Positions 1 through 14,362 of a stretch of DNA of 64,000 nucleotides are shown here, one piece after another (positions within the stretch are counted from its first letter, which is position 1; each line of letters opens with the position of its first letter). The notes under the pieces are model-generated. The model was not told where the DNA came from. It saw only the letters and a list, made by a program, of their open reading frames with translations, and ran no database searches. Position numbers and translations under genes: made by a program. Origin of the DNA: Antedon mediterranea (Eukaryota > Animalia > Echinodermata); contig NC_092672.1 in NCBI RefSeq assembly GCF_964355755.1, positions 1,364,001-1,428,000 on the forward strand. The letters are read 5' to 3'.

Positions 1-3000
1 CGATGAAGATGACGTTGTATATGATTATTAACTATCAGTGAATTCATTCCCAATAATAAACAACTTCGAATGGACGATGATTATTTTGACATACTGTTCA
101 GTTCAACTATCTCAATTCTAATTTTCCTATAGAAGTTCGTTCGTTCTCAGGAAAATATTTACAATTAAGTTAAATCCTTCGAATATACTAAAAACATATC
201 TTGGTTAATCCTGAGTCTAACGTCCTATTGATCTGTTTGTCAAAATGTGTACACCTCTTTCTCTTTCTTAATCTCAAGGACATCTGTTCTAAGTTTGAAT
301 CACAACAATTGTATTTACAACTAAGAAAAAACCGATATGGCTTTTATTCAATTACCGTATCTTCATTTTGTCATTTTTGTTTTCCTTCTCGTGTTGCTTC
401 CAGCAACGGCTAATTGGCGTCTGTCGTAATAAAGGCTGAAGAATAAAAACTGGTGAGAGGTAAACTCATCCAATTTCATTAATAATTGAACTTTTGATTT
501 CTATAAATTTTTCAGACATTAAATGAACCGTATAATCATTAGCATAGGTAATTCTTTAAATGTCGTTTTTTAGAGTTTTTATTGTAATTATTTCAGGCCG
601 CTGGCGTTTAAAATTTGTTGTCAGAGTACGAACGAACGGAGTCCATTCGCGACAACTCATGGCAACTCATTTAGCAATTTTGATTTAAGTTAAAATTCAT
701 ATCCGCACTTTTTTCTATTATAAACATTAAGAAAATGTTTACACCCAGACTGCCCTTATTTACTCCCGTTTTCGTAGATTATTCTATAAATCTATTGTGG
801 AGATCTTTTACCCGAGTTCTCTTCCTCTCTTCTCGGGCTCTTATATAAGGCAAATACATTTTAACCGTACACCTTTTTTTCTGATTATGTTGTTTTTAAA
901 ATTGGTAGAGAAACGGGTCCGTTATAGCCCCATCATTGTTATGAAGGTTTTTAAATGTGAGATTTAGTCGATCACACTTGAAATTTATTTTTACATATTT
1001 AGGCAAAAAATGGTACCAATTACGGTATAGAAATCTACAGAAAACTAAAGAATACGAATCTGTATTGAACAATATTTATCAAAATAAAAAAATCACGTGT
1101 TTTTGTCACATAGAGTTTGATAGTGTGGACAGAGCTTTAGAGCGTCGATAACAACAACGTCATCCATTAATAAATATAATATTTTTTTAACAAATATTAA
1201 AATAAAAGACGTAAGAAATAAAACAGTAAAATTGTATGAAGTAAATTATTTATTATTTTCAACGTTTTATTGACATAGATAAGCTAATGTAATAAATACT
1301 ATTACAAATATATAACATATAATTATCAACATTTCATTACGAGTTAAGTACAGACTTGATAGTCACTGAATATGCTTAAATGTACCGCCACTCAAACGTA
1401 CAAGTGTTTATTTTAATTATTGAGAACTAAGAAATGTTTAATACCAAATCATTCCACCACCGTCATATAGGTTTATAAATGATATAAGCGAGATACAGAG
1501 TTCAGTTTTTTTTTATATTAAAACTAAATTATTTATAAAATGTTGTTTAAGCTATATATTTAGTGTTGTTGACAGTGCTGCTGTCAATGAACAAAACAAA
1601 CTTGTGTTTTGCAATCATAGCTATACGATATACTCGCGTGTACCTTTCGAGTGAATGTTGAATTCACTTTCATACATTAAAATACGGACTATCGCGAGTA
1701 ACATAAATACTACACGCGTGTCGAATGGCGAAATAAAGTGATGTGTTTTACCTTTAAAGGTTTGAATACAGACTGTTAGCGATGACTAGGTGGACAGATG
1801 AGTAATGTCAACAAGATATGTACCTAACTTTACGGCTCTGTCTTAATATGAGTATCCGGTTTTCCTATCACGGAACCTTTCCGTAAATACAGCGTAATTT
1901 AGATAACTGTAAACATATCATCGGCCATAAATCTAGTTTTCAGTTTTATGAGCGTAAACACACTTCCTATAAATATTACTAGGTCAGTGCAAAAGTTCAT
2001 CTTACTGTTGAATTTATAAAGTACATCCAGAACCTTTTAATTATCGCCTTTATTGCTGAAATAGCGCCACCAACGTGTCCGCGTATCTTGCGCCGCGTGC
2101 GCGTACAACGACCCTGGTTTAAAAAGAAAAAAACGACAAACCAACGTATTTATTATTAATTCAGATTTAAACCCTTTCAACAAGATCATAATTTTATCAT
2201 TCAAAACAATTGAAAATTGTCAATACAAAGTTCTGTTAATGTTAAACTGCGCTGTTTTAAACAAAATATTCACAGGCCTAAAGTAGTTTTCCACCAAGTA
2301 TTTTAACAAAGAAACATCTGCTCAGATTTATTAGACATTTGCAATTTATGACATCATCAACACAACAGTTTCCAAGAACTTTTGCAACCTGTCGAAAAAA
2401 AATAACAAGAGTTATTAAGAAACAATTAAAAACGACATGTCAGGTTTTAAGTTATCTTACTTAATCTCCAAAATTGCTTTAGCGCGTGTTGTTGGCGCGC
2501 ACATTGATGGCGCCAATAACTGGCGACGCGCAGTTTCAGCAGACTATTTTGAAACAACTACGCAAAAACGTGATTAAGTGCACAATGCAGCACGATTTTT
2601 TGTTTGAATTTCAATTTGATAGTCAAATTGCCACTTTCTTTCAGCAGTGAAACTGATCTTTAAGCACAGTTACTTACTACTCTGTGAAATTTCTTACACA
2701 ATGGCTTAATTATCACGCCGATATTAAGTCCATTTAAAAATCACTTTAGGCACACAATACATTAAAGTGTACTCATTTTAAATACAAGATTATCGCGTTA
2801 AAACATACGTGAAGTGGATGCAATGAGCAGTTGATGTGTCAAGCACAATAACGAGTGTAACTTAACGTAATTAATTTATGTAGTTTATAAACACATTGGC
2901 GTAAAGTAAATTGTCTCTTACGTCGACATCAATAGGTGATACATACAGATAATAGGTGGCTACATTTCAAGTTGTTGTTATACAAAAGATCACGTGTCAA

Positions 3001-4164
3001 ATAAGAAACAATTGACGCACGAGTTGAAAACAATTACTTGATGAACAAAAAGCTTTTGCGCGCATGCGTTAACTTGTTGTTTTCTTGGAGCGAATAACAA
3101 ACTTCTAATTCTAACTTTACGAACAAAACTAGGATAGGATTTCTCTACAACAAGAGCCCAATTAATAAACTTTCTTCTAGGAATAGAAATTTTGTAACAT
3201 AATCGGTATTTCGATCAACAAAATAAGTTGTATAATAGGCCTACATTTCATAAAAGCCTAAAAGCAATGAATCGAATTAAACAAAAGACCAACTTGAGGG
3301 TTTTTTATGTTTGATTATCAAAATTCAAAATTATTAATCATAGTAATATATAATACATCATATTTACAGGTTATAATAAGTCACGTGCTGTCTTAAATTG
3401 TAAGATGTATCCATCATTTTGATAAAAAGCAGAAATCATAAAACGCCAGAGGGCCGAGTGCGACGTGATCGCAAGAAAAGCAGATATGATCTACGTCACA
3501 AATTATACTAGGCTTCATCGGTCAGTGCGTATGATGGTAACACTGTCCACAACAATTTTAAAAAAATGGTTTCAATTTATTTCGAAAAAAACTTGCATAG
3601 AATGTGCAGAAAAATGTAGCTCTCATGACGTACTTTGGTTACAATGTGTACTGTAAGTAAATATTAAGAAACAAAGACTTTTATTTGGCATACTTCGAAT
3701 TAAAATAAATGTTTATGTTACGTGACAGTTGGCCTATATATACAAAGAAGTCCGAAGAGATTGATAAAAACCTTTGGTGAAGAATTACATAAAACATAAC
3801 ACGCAAACGTGGACAAACTCAAGAACAGATTATTTGTATTAGCGGTTCTAACTCATATCCACAAGTATTTATTTCAATATTTTGTTTGTGTTGAATGTAA
3901 AATTAAATTATTGATTTAAATTCAATTCATAATTGATTAAGTAATCTGATAAAATAATCTATTCTAAAGTAGCCATATTTTCATCAAATCCTTTGCCACA
4001 TTCATCAGTCGAAAAAAATAATATCTAAGAACGAAGAATTATCTTCTCTCTTCACTTTTATACACATAAGTTACTAGTGTAATTAAGAATAGAGGAGTTC
4101 TACTATGTTCTAGACAGCGGATACGTAACCAACTAAAGCTACAGCGAGTAATTTCTTAGTAAAT

Positions 4165-4570
4165 TGTAATTTTACTCTTTTCTGTATCACGAAAGAGTGG
4201 AATTCTACAGAAAACTCTTGAAAATGTCACTCTTTTCTACATCAAGAAAAAGTTGTAATTTATTTTTTTGGATCGAATTAAAAGGAAGAATGAAATTACA
4301 ATTTCACTCACGGAAGAGTAAAATTGTATTGAAAGTTCAGTCTGTATCAAGATTGTATTTCAACTTTTACATGCACCTAAAAGAGTGAAACTTGTAATTT
4401 CACTCAAAGGAAGAGTGAAAGTGTATTGAAACTTCACTTGTATTTTAACTCTTACATCAACCAAGAAGATTGAAACGTTGAACGATTGCACTCTTGAAGG
4501 AAGAGTGAAATAGTGTATTAGGAAGAGTGACACAGTGTATTTCACTCAAGGAAGAGTGGAATTACGCTTG
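4165..4570. repeat. Degenerate ~40-bp tandem/inverted array (TTTCACTC-N-GGAA-GAGTGAAA units)
   Basis: Repeated atttcactca(a/c)ggaagagt(g/a)aaa units near 4300, 4397, 4487 and 4539, each a small hairpin. Probably the interior of a non-autonomous element. Confidence 0.6.
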
Positions 4571-4583
4571 TGCTTATATTTAC

Positions 4584-7500
4584 CTTTTCTTGTCCGTGAT
4601 TGAAATCTATCTTCAGAGTTGTTACCGGTTGCTCCTCGTGATAACAAATATTCCAAGAGGTAACGGTCGTCTGAGGCGGGTAGTGCTGGGTTTAATCCAT
4701 CGTTTGAAAGTCCCCCTCCTACTCCATTTGGTGCAATGGTATCATCATATCTTTGAAATAGTTCTAACATAGCACGTGATGCCTGAAAGATACAATTAAA
4801 TCAACCTAATTCATTTTCAATCGCGGTGCTCACAAATCTGTTTTGTGTGCACAATAATTATAAATACGGTAGGCTATACGGTATAAATATTTTTTGGGCT
4901 TTATTAACACGTAAGTCTCCCTATACCGGTATCTGTGAGTATTTTGGGTAAATAGTAAAAGTAAGATTGGTAGTCGAGTTCAATCTTAATTTAACCTTTC
5001 AACGAGTGAAAATAATTGTATTATTTAGGTTATTGCTTACAATATTGTACAAAACATTTATTAGAGCTATTTGTTGTTTTATTTTATGAAAGACAAGTGC
5101 TAACAAATGTACGAAATAATTATTTAAAAACTTTAGTAGAGTTTAGGTTACCGACCGTTAACTAATTCAACTATCTTCACCAGGTTTTACGTAAAACGAG
5201 ACTGTTAGGCGGTTTAATCAAAATTTGTAACACTAAATGTGTAACATCGGGATTCTGTATAACCTATTACAAATCATTGTTGGTAATTTAAGGCGCCAGT
5301 ATTGTTAAAGAAATCACGGAGTATAGTAACAACTAAAATTAAGAGATTTCCTTAATCTATACCTTTTAAGTATATTAGTTATGAGGCGCGAAATAAAACA
5401 ACTTTACAAAAGGGTTAATAATGATAATTATGATGTTATTTGATGTAGTTTTCAGAGAAAAACATTTTAGAAGTATAAAAAATGTTTTAATACATAAAAT
5501 ATTGCCTCGAAGTTGTGTATTTCGCTTCTATTTCAAACTCTAACTTGACGGATAACTATAAGAATTGATTGAAACGAATCGCCCTAGGCCTAGAATGTTT
5601 CTGATGAGACCGGGCCACTATCACTCCAGTTGTATCAACATTCGGTGCTGTACATTAGTGCTTATAACTGTCTGCTGAGCTTCTTGATTGTTTTAGTTGA
5701 AACTTCGTGCTTATCACCTGATCATGATTGATTAAGAGATATTTACAACAGCTTAACAACTGTAAAACTTCTCAACTCGAACGTAATCGGGACAGTGTTT
5801 TTCATTAATTCTCTATCTTATGAATGCCATCGTTATGTGTTTTCTTAGATTACAACAGACAGAGCTATAGATTGAGTCAATTTCGTGTTACACTAATGTC
5901 AGTATGACTATACTTTCATTTTTATAGAGATGTTCGAGACGTCGAATCCATGTTATAATGCTACTGTAGGATATATAAACATACTACTGTATATTACAGT
6001 AGGTCAACGGACGTTAAATGCTTCTTTTGACCGTTAACTGAAAAAAAAATCGTTCATATGCCTATACAGTGTATATATCTATATAAATACCAACCGGATC
6101 CGGTTTGTCGTTTGGACGTATACAGTAGTCTACCTATACCGTAACTGTTATACGATATCGGGTTGATAGAAAGCAATATAAACATTTTGTTGTAACATTT
6201 ATTTAAAAAAGGCATTCTATCAATTTAGATTTGCTTGATTTAAACATTTACCTCAGATAGAGAAAAGTTAAAACGTAATTGTAAGAGGTGGGCATTTGGA
6301 CTTTATTTACTGCGCTTGGAACTCTGATGTTACATCCAATAAAAGATTACATCACAACACGTAAAAGCAGGAACAAGTAGGTAACAATCAAATAATATGC
6401 GACTGATCTGAAACTAACTACTAGCATTAAGTTGCTTGCTTCAGCCTCTACAACATTGGCGACTTTGAGGTTTAATATAAATTGCAAATATCAATTTCAG
6501 TTAGAATTATAATGAACAAAGACAATACTAAGTCATTTATTAATAAGCTGTACACGTCTTTCATTGATGTACCACTGACTTAATTTCTTCTTCAAAGGAT
6601 TTTTGAAAACTTGCGCATATTATCTTGTCGCTATGAATCACTTCAATACTTATTTATAATTACTATTTATTCACATTTTGTGTTTTTAAATGAAAACCGT
6701 CAATTGTATGTTTACATTATACATGTTTAATTGTTTAAAACGTGGTCTTTTGCCCTTTGTGATCTTGTAAATAGTGCATAGCCGAATACACCTTAGCAGT
6801 TGCTGATAATTTAAAAGAGTTGCTTATATATTTATGATTCCTTTTTATAATTTTCCTTTTATAAGGCCAGTTTCAATCGGTTCCATTCTAATCCACAGCC
6901 TGTAACTTAGTACACTTAAACTTGTTCAGTCTCAGAAAACGCGGTTTGAATCCGATGTTATTATTAGTTGGTCACATTATTTGTTTTCCTTTTTTTCAAC
7001 AAACACTCAAATCGCTCTGATCTTTACGAGAATAATAATAATAATAACGCGACTTTTATACAACGCTAACTTCTAACTAGTATAAATTACAATTAACATT
7101 TCATTTGCAACAAAAAATAACTTAAGTTTAGTTCACACGTCAAAGTCACTGTCGGTCATTGATTGGTTTACGCGTATACAAACAAGAAATACAAGAAATA
7201 CTAAAATTAGAAGGTTTGAAATGTTATCGATTAAAATACAGTGTGAAGGCTAATTCAGTTTATTTACATGCCTATCAAGGAAACAACGCGCGCGTACTCA
7301 TTCAGAACATAAATTGTACGCGCATGTCTAAGCATAACGTGTACTTGTAATGTAAAATCATTAAAGAAACAACGCGCGCGAACTCTTCATAACAGAAATT
7401 GTACGCACATGTCAAAACACAACGTGTAGTTGTAATGTAACTGACAAACGTTAGACTACTCGATAAGTTCGTAGGCATATTTACGGACTAAAAGCAATTG

Positions 7501-8889
7501 AACCTAGTTATCAACGGGCAATTATAATAGCATCAAATCAGCGTAAGTGTTGTTTTGAGGTGTGCATAAATCATTCTAAGATGATTTCATTCAATCATGT
7601 TAAAAGCAAAACATTTTTGTTTCGTTACTGTTTATTACAATTATTTCAAAAAACACTTTAACAACCCGAAGACATTTACTTAATCTGTTAATTGTTATCT
7701 TCCAAATGCTTTCTAGAAATCGCATTGATGCATAAACATCTAATATTAATCATTTCTACAATTTTTTATCGGGTCTATTTTACAGCTAAAGGCTGTTCAA
7801 ACTAGACGCAATTGCGATTGTGCGTCTTTTAATGTGCGCGCCGAGCGTAAAGCATGAAACCTAGTGAAGACGAATGCGTTTTAGAAAATATTTCTTTATC
7901 CACTATTTGTGGTACAGAAAATGTTAAGAGCAAAGTTGGTTGTACCGTTACTATTTTGTTACTCGTCTTTATGACCTCTTTTCACATACAAATGTTGTTT
8001 ATTGATATACTTAGTTGTGTCATTTAACATATTGTGTTTTACAGGTTCACTTACAGTATTTTACGATAGTATGTATTGTAAAACATTTTAATTTATTTTT
8101 CTATTTAAGCATGTGCTTAAACCTTCAGACACAGGCAAGACATTGGTTGAATAATAATAATCACGTTTTAGGTTTTAATTTTGTGAATTGAATTTTTTAT
8201 TTCAATTTAGAAAATAGGCCTAGTGCATTATAAAATAAATCCAAACGAAATGAATTTAAGAAACAATTTTTTATGGCTTTTTCAACTTAGAATAGAGCTA
8301 TCTTACGTGAATGTGACAGCCAGGTATTACTGAAAAAAACAAGCCATACAATTTTAGAAACAATGCTTACCGTATACGGTAAATTAAGGCTATTAGTGTG
8401 TACAGAATATATACTGAAAACAATATCATCCAACTGCGTGTTTACATTGGAATTGAGTATTAAAGTCGCAGAGCTAGCACTAATTTTATATTTTTTTTTT
8501 TAAATCTAAATAAATGTACGATTTGGCCCCTAGCAACGGTGGTCTCATGAAGATCACGTGGTAAGCACCAATCTTTACAATACAACTGCTGTGAGTGTAT
8601 AATGTTACACATCTTAATGTTTCATCTGAAAGACGAGTGTTACCTGAATGTTAAATAAATTGATATAACCATTCTGTGTGAAGATTAAAGCACGTGAACC
8701 GAATGCGGGGTAACATTTTAAATTTTACAAATTTATATTTGATTTATAAAATACGAAATTGATATAAATCACATAATTCCAACTTACATTTGTTTCATCT
8801 GTACTTCGTCTTCGTCTGAGACTTGCTGAGCTAATTATTGAAAAACAACCGACAAAAATGAAAATAGCGAAGACGGCAGATTTTGCCAT
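4584..8889 (-). CDS. Secreted prohormone/neuropeptide-like precursor, exons 1-2 (8889-8788; 4782-4584); final exon not established
   Basis: Exon 1 encodes MAKSAVFAIFIFVGCFSIISSASLRRRRSTDETN (signal peptide plus tetrabasic site) and ends at a GTAAGT donor in phase 0. Exon 2 follows a tttcag acceptor, reads in frame ASRAMLELFQRYDDTIAPNG...SEDRFQSRTRK-G and ends at a GTAAAT donor in phase 1, right after a dibasic RK. Confidence 0.7.
7279..7440. repeat. ~87-bp tandem duplication
   Basis: gaaacaacgcgcgcg...aaattgtacgc...aacgtgta.ttgtaatgtaa occurs twice. Confidence 0.7.
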
Positions 8890-9017
8890 ACTATAAAATT
8901 CGAAACTGGACACTGTGTTCAACCAAAGATGACGGGATACAAGCAATAACGTTTTCCTCGTGCAATAGTCTGTTCGTGCTCTATGTTCGATTGATGAAAT
9001 GAAAGTTTCAAACGACG

Positions 9018-9110
9018 TTTTATACGCGCCAGTGCCGTAAATTAAAAAACCACGTTGCAACAGTTAAAACCTCAAGTTTTTCCGCATGCATTTAATGACG
9101 TCACTTCCGG
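9018..9110 (-). promoter_or_regulatory. Proximal promoter of the precursor gene: TATAAAA plus overlapping ETS-CRE
   Basis: Minus-strand TATAAAA at 9024-9018, about 130 nt upstream of the ATG. CCGGAAGTGACGTCA at 9110-9096 is an ETS site overlapping a full palindromic CRE. Confidence 0.6.
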
Positions 9111-9559
9111 TTGTTGTATCATCAATCATCACCCCTCTGCTAAATTATCACTTTTTTATGTCTTCATAAAATGTTTTTGTTTATAGTAAAAATGTTAGAG
9201 TTTACAAAATGATTCTTTCGTCACAGTTAATGATTTTGCAATTAATAGTGTTGAAAGTAAATGAGTATTTGCGTGGATTTGCATGGATTGGGATAATCAA
9301 CGCTTTCGTAATAAGTTGAGTTGTTAGATCGGTTGATAGTTCGTTGACATTGCAATCTATATCCTTTATGTCTGCTCAATTTTCTGCAAAAATAAATTAA
9401 AAGATTTTAAAAGTATCATTTATTTTAATGAAACTATTATATACTATTATAAATAAGCCTAATGTTTTGATTGGCGAAAAATATAAAAACACAAACTAAT
9501 TTCAACATATTTTTTTATCTAACTCGATAATATCCTGCAGGAGGCCCACTCTTTTTAGG

Positions 9560-9626
9560 GATCTACCAACGTGTAGTCCGTAAGAACATTACTGATCTAC
9601 CAACGTGTAGTCCGTAAGAACATTAC
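9560..9626. repeat. ~34-bp perfect tandem duplication
   Basis: gatctaccaacgtgtagtccgtaagaacattac occurs twice. Confidence 0.8.
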
Positions 9627-9869
9627 ATTTCATAGTAATTAAGTATATTGCAATTAATTTCTTACCAGTTATATGGCGCCTGACAGTTAGACACTTGTTT
9701 CCACACGTACGCCATTCATCTCACGAGGCAAACAGAAAAGATACAAGTAAACAAGTAAATTCATAACCGAAAAAAGGAAATTTCGTAAACAAAGACTGCT
9801 TCTTAAATACTAAACATGAAACTGTGCAATAATGCCCGAGACCTCAACTCCGTCAAAAGGTTCTGCTTC

Positions 9870-10320
9870 AACTCTGTTTTTTTTAAATCTTTTTCTGGAT
9901 ATATTCTTTCGTTTTACATTTTTAAGCTACACTTCCTTAATTTTATATCTCTGTTACTTCTGCATTTTTTTTTTCTTTTTTTTGTTTATTTTTTTTATCT
10001 TATTTTTCTTCATCTTCTGCCTTTACTTTTTAAATTATCTTCCATGTTTTTCTTCTTTTTGCCATTTTTATTCCAGTTAATTCCTCTTCTATTTCCTTTA
10101 ATTTCTATTCTTTTATGTTTTTTCTTCTTACTTTCCATCTTCTGACTTTTTCTTTTCTTTTTAATTTATCTTCTACTTTTTCCTCTTTGTCATATTTCAT
10201 CTAGCTTCCTGTTACTTCCTTTCCAATTCTTTTCTTATTATTTTATTTCTTCTTTTCCATCTTCATATGTATCTTTTTTTTTATTTCTATTTGTGTTTTT
10301 ATTTTTCTTCTTAAATACTT
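9870..10320. repeat. Pyrimidine-rich low-complexity tract
   Basis: T/C-rich run that produces spurious Phe/Leu ORFs. Confidence 0.7.
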
Positions 10321-12570
10321 TTTAGATAGTGAAATAAATTATGTGATCCTTAAAATTACTGTTTACAAAATTCAACAAAGTTAAAAGAAATACCCTCATC
10401 GTCTGTTATAAGTTTCTGGGTTTCTAGGTAATTTTAGAGGTTTATATATCATTATTGCTAATAAAATACTGGAGGGTAACATTAGCATCATAAAGGAAAA
10501 AAAGCGACAAAATTAAAATACAGATCTAACCAATATACCTGACATTTTCTAAAATTTCGGCACATTCCATTTATCTTTCTTTTGGATTGGAAATTTTATG
10601 ATCGTAAAAGTACAAATATAGCCCCAAAAAATGTTTCAAAATTATTTTGATTGACCAAATACACAGGTTCTGAACAACAATACAGACTAATGATTTGATT
10701 ATAGAAAAGTTCCATTTTTATGGATGATGTAAAGTAGGACTATCAGCGCCGGTTTTTTTTTTACTACATTAGAAGATCTGGCCTTAGGAAAAACGTTAAA
10801 TATCAGATTGGAAAATGATCTAAGTATATTGCAACGTGCTTGTAAGGTTATACGATATTATTGTTACAACGTGATTTATAGCCGAGGATATACCATCTCT
10901 ACTAGTCGTGTATTTTAGAAAAAGTCCTCTTCTTAGCTTCGTTATCAGACTCATTAAACCTTTACAGAATAAAGCAATCGGATATGGCACGCAAAGATCG
11001 TCATTAGTTCTCTCATTTATCATGAGTAATCATGAACGAATACACGTTTTCTTCACGATAGTTTTAATAGGTTTGCTTTCACTAACAAACGCATTGTATT
11101 GTTGCTCTAAGTTGTACGTTAAAATGCATTCCATTGTTCTGCTTATTAAACTATACTGTGTTACAGGTATTTTCTAATCAGCGGTTTGATACTATAACGT
11201 GCTTTATAATTACAAGGTTTTGTCTTCAAAGCTAAAGATAAATTATATACCGTACGTCATAAAATGCTTCACTTAGATTATTATCATTAATCAAATGAAT
11301 TTTTAAAAAAAGGTAAAAAGTGAACAAGGGGTACAATGTATAAGAGGCCAAAGAAGCCGATATGCAGCCACCTTTATGGCACTAACGTGACGTAATAATT
11401 TGTTATCGTCGGTGACGGCACTAAGAAAAGAGACAACACATTGACGTTGATAATTCTGATCAATCCGTACAAGTTATTCTTCATTGAAAATCATTTATTA
11501 TGTAGGTCTAGTGTAATTGTATATAGTACATGGGAAATATTACACTAGACACAATGTTGAACTATCTAGTTAATTTGGAAGAGAGCGATTCTCGCTGTGT
11601 CTTCACCAATTACTTACATATAGTCTGCATCAGACGGCAGTGTCTTCACTCCAGTCGATGTTAAACTTTTAGTCCTAGATACGTCACATCTCACAACGTT
11701 TTGTCTAAAATAAGCTCTATAAATAAATGTATTTGTTACACACAAAAAATAGATTAATACTGCTTAATTTACTTTAAAATAGAACGTAATCAGATCGATT
11801 TTAATAATGCGTGATAGGACATCCATCTTTTCTTGTCTAGTTTGTTGTTGTACACACTTTGATCTGTTAAATAATTACTTAGATACTTTACGCTATTTTC
11901 TGAAGTTCTTAGAAATAGAAGCTATTTTGATTATTGGCACTATATCTGTAATGTGCATGACTACTTTTTTTTGGCGACGAATAATGTTTTTGATCGAGGG
12001 AAGTGTGGCTGTTTGTAGGTATCAACCGATTTTGGAATGTTGGGTTTCATATTATTATTGTACACCAAAAATCAACAGATTTCGCTCAAACCGCGTTTTG
12101 TGGTGTGCATGCACCATGACTTCCAAACACGTCAGTAAAACCAAATCAAGAGGAATTTCTCGGCGGTGAGAAACATGCTGTTGACAGTGTTTCACAGTCC
12201 GGGTTTAGGCCTACAATAATGATTATCAGATAGGCCTCGATATATACAACGATAGAATAGTGATTCATTGGTTGGTTCTCATTTATAAATTTAAAAAATA
12301 CACTATAATAAGGTATACTTCAATCTTCTATTGTCTAACTAGAACTTGTGTTACATGATATAACATTTCAGTTGAAACATTTCTATGCGTAGCTTGTAAC
12401 TTAAAACAAACCGTTTACAAAGTATAATGGAAAATAATGTTGAAGAGCATCTCAATTATTGGCCTAATGTATTGTATAGCCTTACAATAAAATCAATTAA
12501 ACGTTTACAAACAATTAATTTGGCGGTAAACATGATATTATGTGGTTTAAATTACAAGTTATTCTAAGTT

Positions 12571-12722
12571 AGTCTACACTACACTATATCAAACTTCATG
12601 TGACAAGAAAATGTGATGTGCCCATATGTACACGATGATATCATATTGGGCATAATCTCTAACATATTTAGGCACATCACACTTGTTTGTCTAACTAATT
12701 TAATAGTGTGTAGACATAGCTT
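12571..12722. mobile_element. MITE family copy (ctacactatcaaac...tgtgatgtgcccatat...gtttgatagtgtaga); other copies near 1095-1140, 38688-38775, 54950-55035 and 59578-59737
   Basis: The same ~150-bp inverted-repeat-bounded sequence recurs five times, complete or partial, in the window. Confidence 0.7.
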
Positions 12723-14297
12723 TATTAAAATTATTAAACGTTGCCGGTCTATCATTAGGGTGCGATCATGAGTGCTGCAGCGAAGTTCATATGCCGACGC
12801 CGCCGCAGGGACAATGATGCTTTTCAGTAAATGTACTTAGTCTTATAAATGGTTCGGACTGAGCAAGAACATTATCAAACTAAATCTAACTATGTTATCA
12901 TGAAGTAGAAGTCATTTTTTTTACCTTAACATAACATTAAAAATGTAACCATATAAGGAAGATTGAAATACAACTTGTCTCATTCGCGCAAAATGTTAAA
13001 ACAGACAAAAAGCTATTTAGGATACCATAATTTGAACGCGCGTGTTATTGTGGTGTCACTGAATGTTATCAATATATATTTTAGTTAGCATATACAACAA
13101 ACAGTTATTTGGTGTGAAACGTTACATTTCCAGTCGAGTATTCAAACAGATTAAAGCTGCTTTCTTGCAACTGTCGCAAAATGAAAGTAATTCTTTCAAT
13201 ATTGAAATACAGTTGGTCAGCGTAGGACCGACAGACTAAGATGAATAGAACATCTAAAAAAATGGATTAAAAACCAATGACTGTTATTGATTGTCACTTT
13301 AACTGTAATTTATATAATGAATAATGGCTAGTGGTTCGTCATTGACATCAATAGATACACAAGTTTAATGCACGCGTACAAGTGTTGATAATCCTATTGG
13401 TATAAGTATGGTAAAACGTAGAAAACATTATATATATTTTAATATTGTGTTGAAATCTAAATTTATGACAAATAAAAATAAGTACAGTATACGTAGAAAA
13501 CATTGTGTACATACTTCGCATAAGTTGTGTATGTCTTTGCGTCAATGATGTACCGGTATAATTTAATAAAAAAGATTTGTTCAAACTAGACGTTTGGCCA
13601 ATCACAACCGACGGACATACTAACATTTGCTTCTAATTGGTCAAATTATTTTTCGCGTTGCGCGTTCCTCCTAGATGGAACCAACCATTACTATCTATTG
13701 ACGCTGTAAACAATTTTATAAAAGTTGTGATTAGTTTCAAACTGTTTATGTTTACAAAAGCTAAGTTTATTACTAAATTTTTTTGTTTTTAATAATTAAT
13801 TTAAATTCAAGAAATCAAATCCTTTTGAAATTTTTAATAAAGTCTGTTTCAAGCCCAATTTTATGGGAAAACAATCAACATGTTAACATCCTTAAGTAGA
13901 CTTAGTCATTGTTCTTTATTACATCTTTCCGAGTAATAACCGTGCAAATATTGTACAAGTTAGCACACGCACTCACGTTAAACTCATGTTAAACATGACA
14001 CTAACTATAACAGAATGACCACTTAAGCATTCAAACTGTCCTATCACATACATGGACAATAGTCGGTATGTTCTGGACATGCCTTAAAACATCATTAAAT
14101 TCTTCAGACGACTAACAAGATGATATAAATAATCCTATAGAAAATTCAGACATATTGTCCACAAATACTGCGCAATAACATCAATCATTTCAATATTGGA
14201 AACTGCAGTAGCTTCTCTAATTGACGACAACGCGTTGTATTTTATTTGTTTCGTCACTTTTATCTGTCTGAATGTGTTACGTTGCAGGGTGATTGAA

Positions 14298-14362
14298 CAT
14301 GACTCGACCTACAGACAACATGACTCGACCTACGGACAACATGACTCGACCTACAGACAACA
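14298..14362. repeat. 21-bp tandem repeat x3
   Basis: acatgactcgacctac(a/g)gaca repeated three times. Confidence 0.85.

Noticed and set aside
2461-2544. Exon-like segment with a GTAAG donor as exon 3 of the precursor
   Set aside because: Phase-1 splicing gives an almost immediate stop. The segment shows weak inverted similarity to ~2055-2100, suggesting a decayed repeat.
9816-10145. Hydrophobic 'membrane protein' ORFs
   Set aside because: Artefact of a T-rich low-complexity tract.
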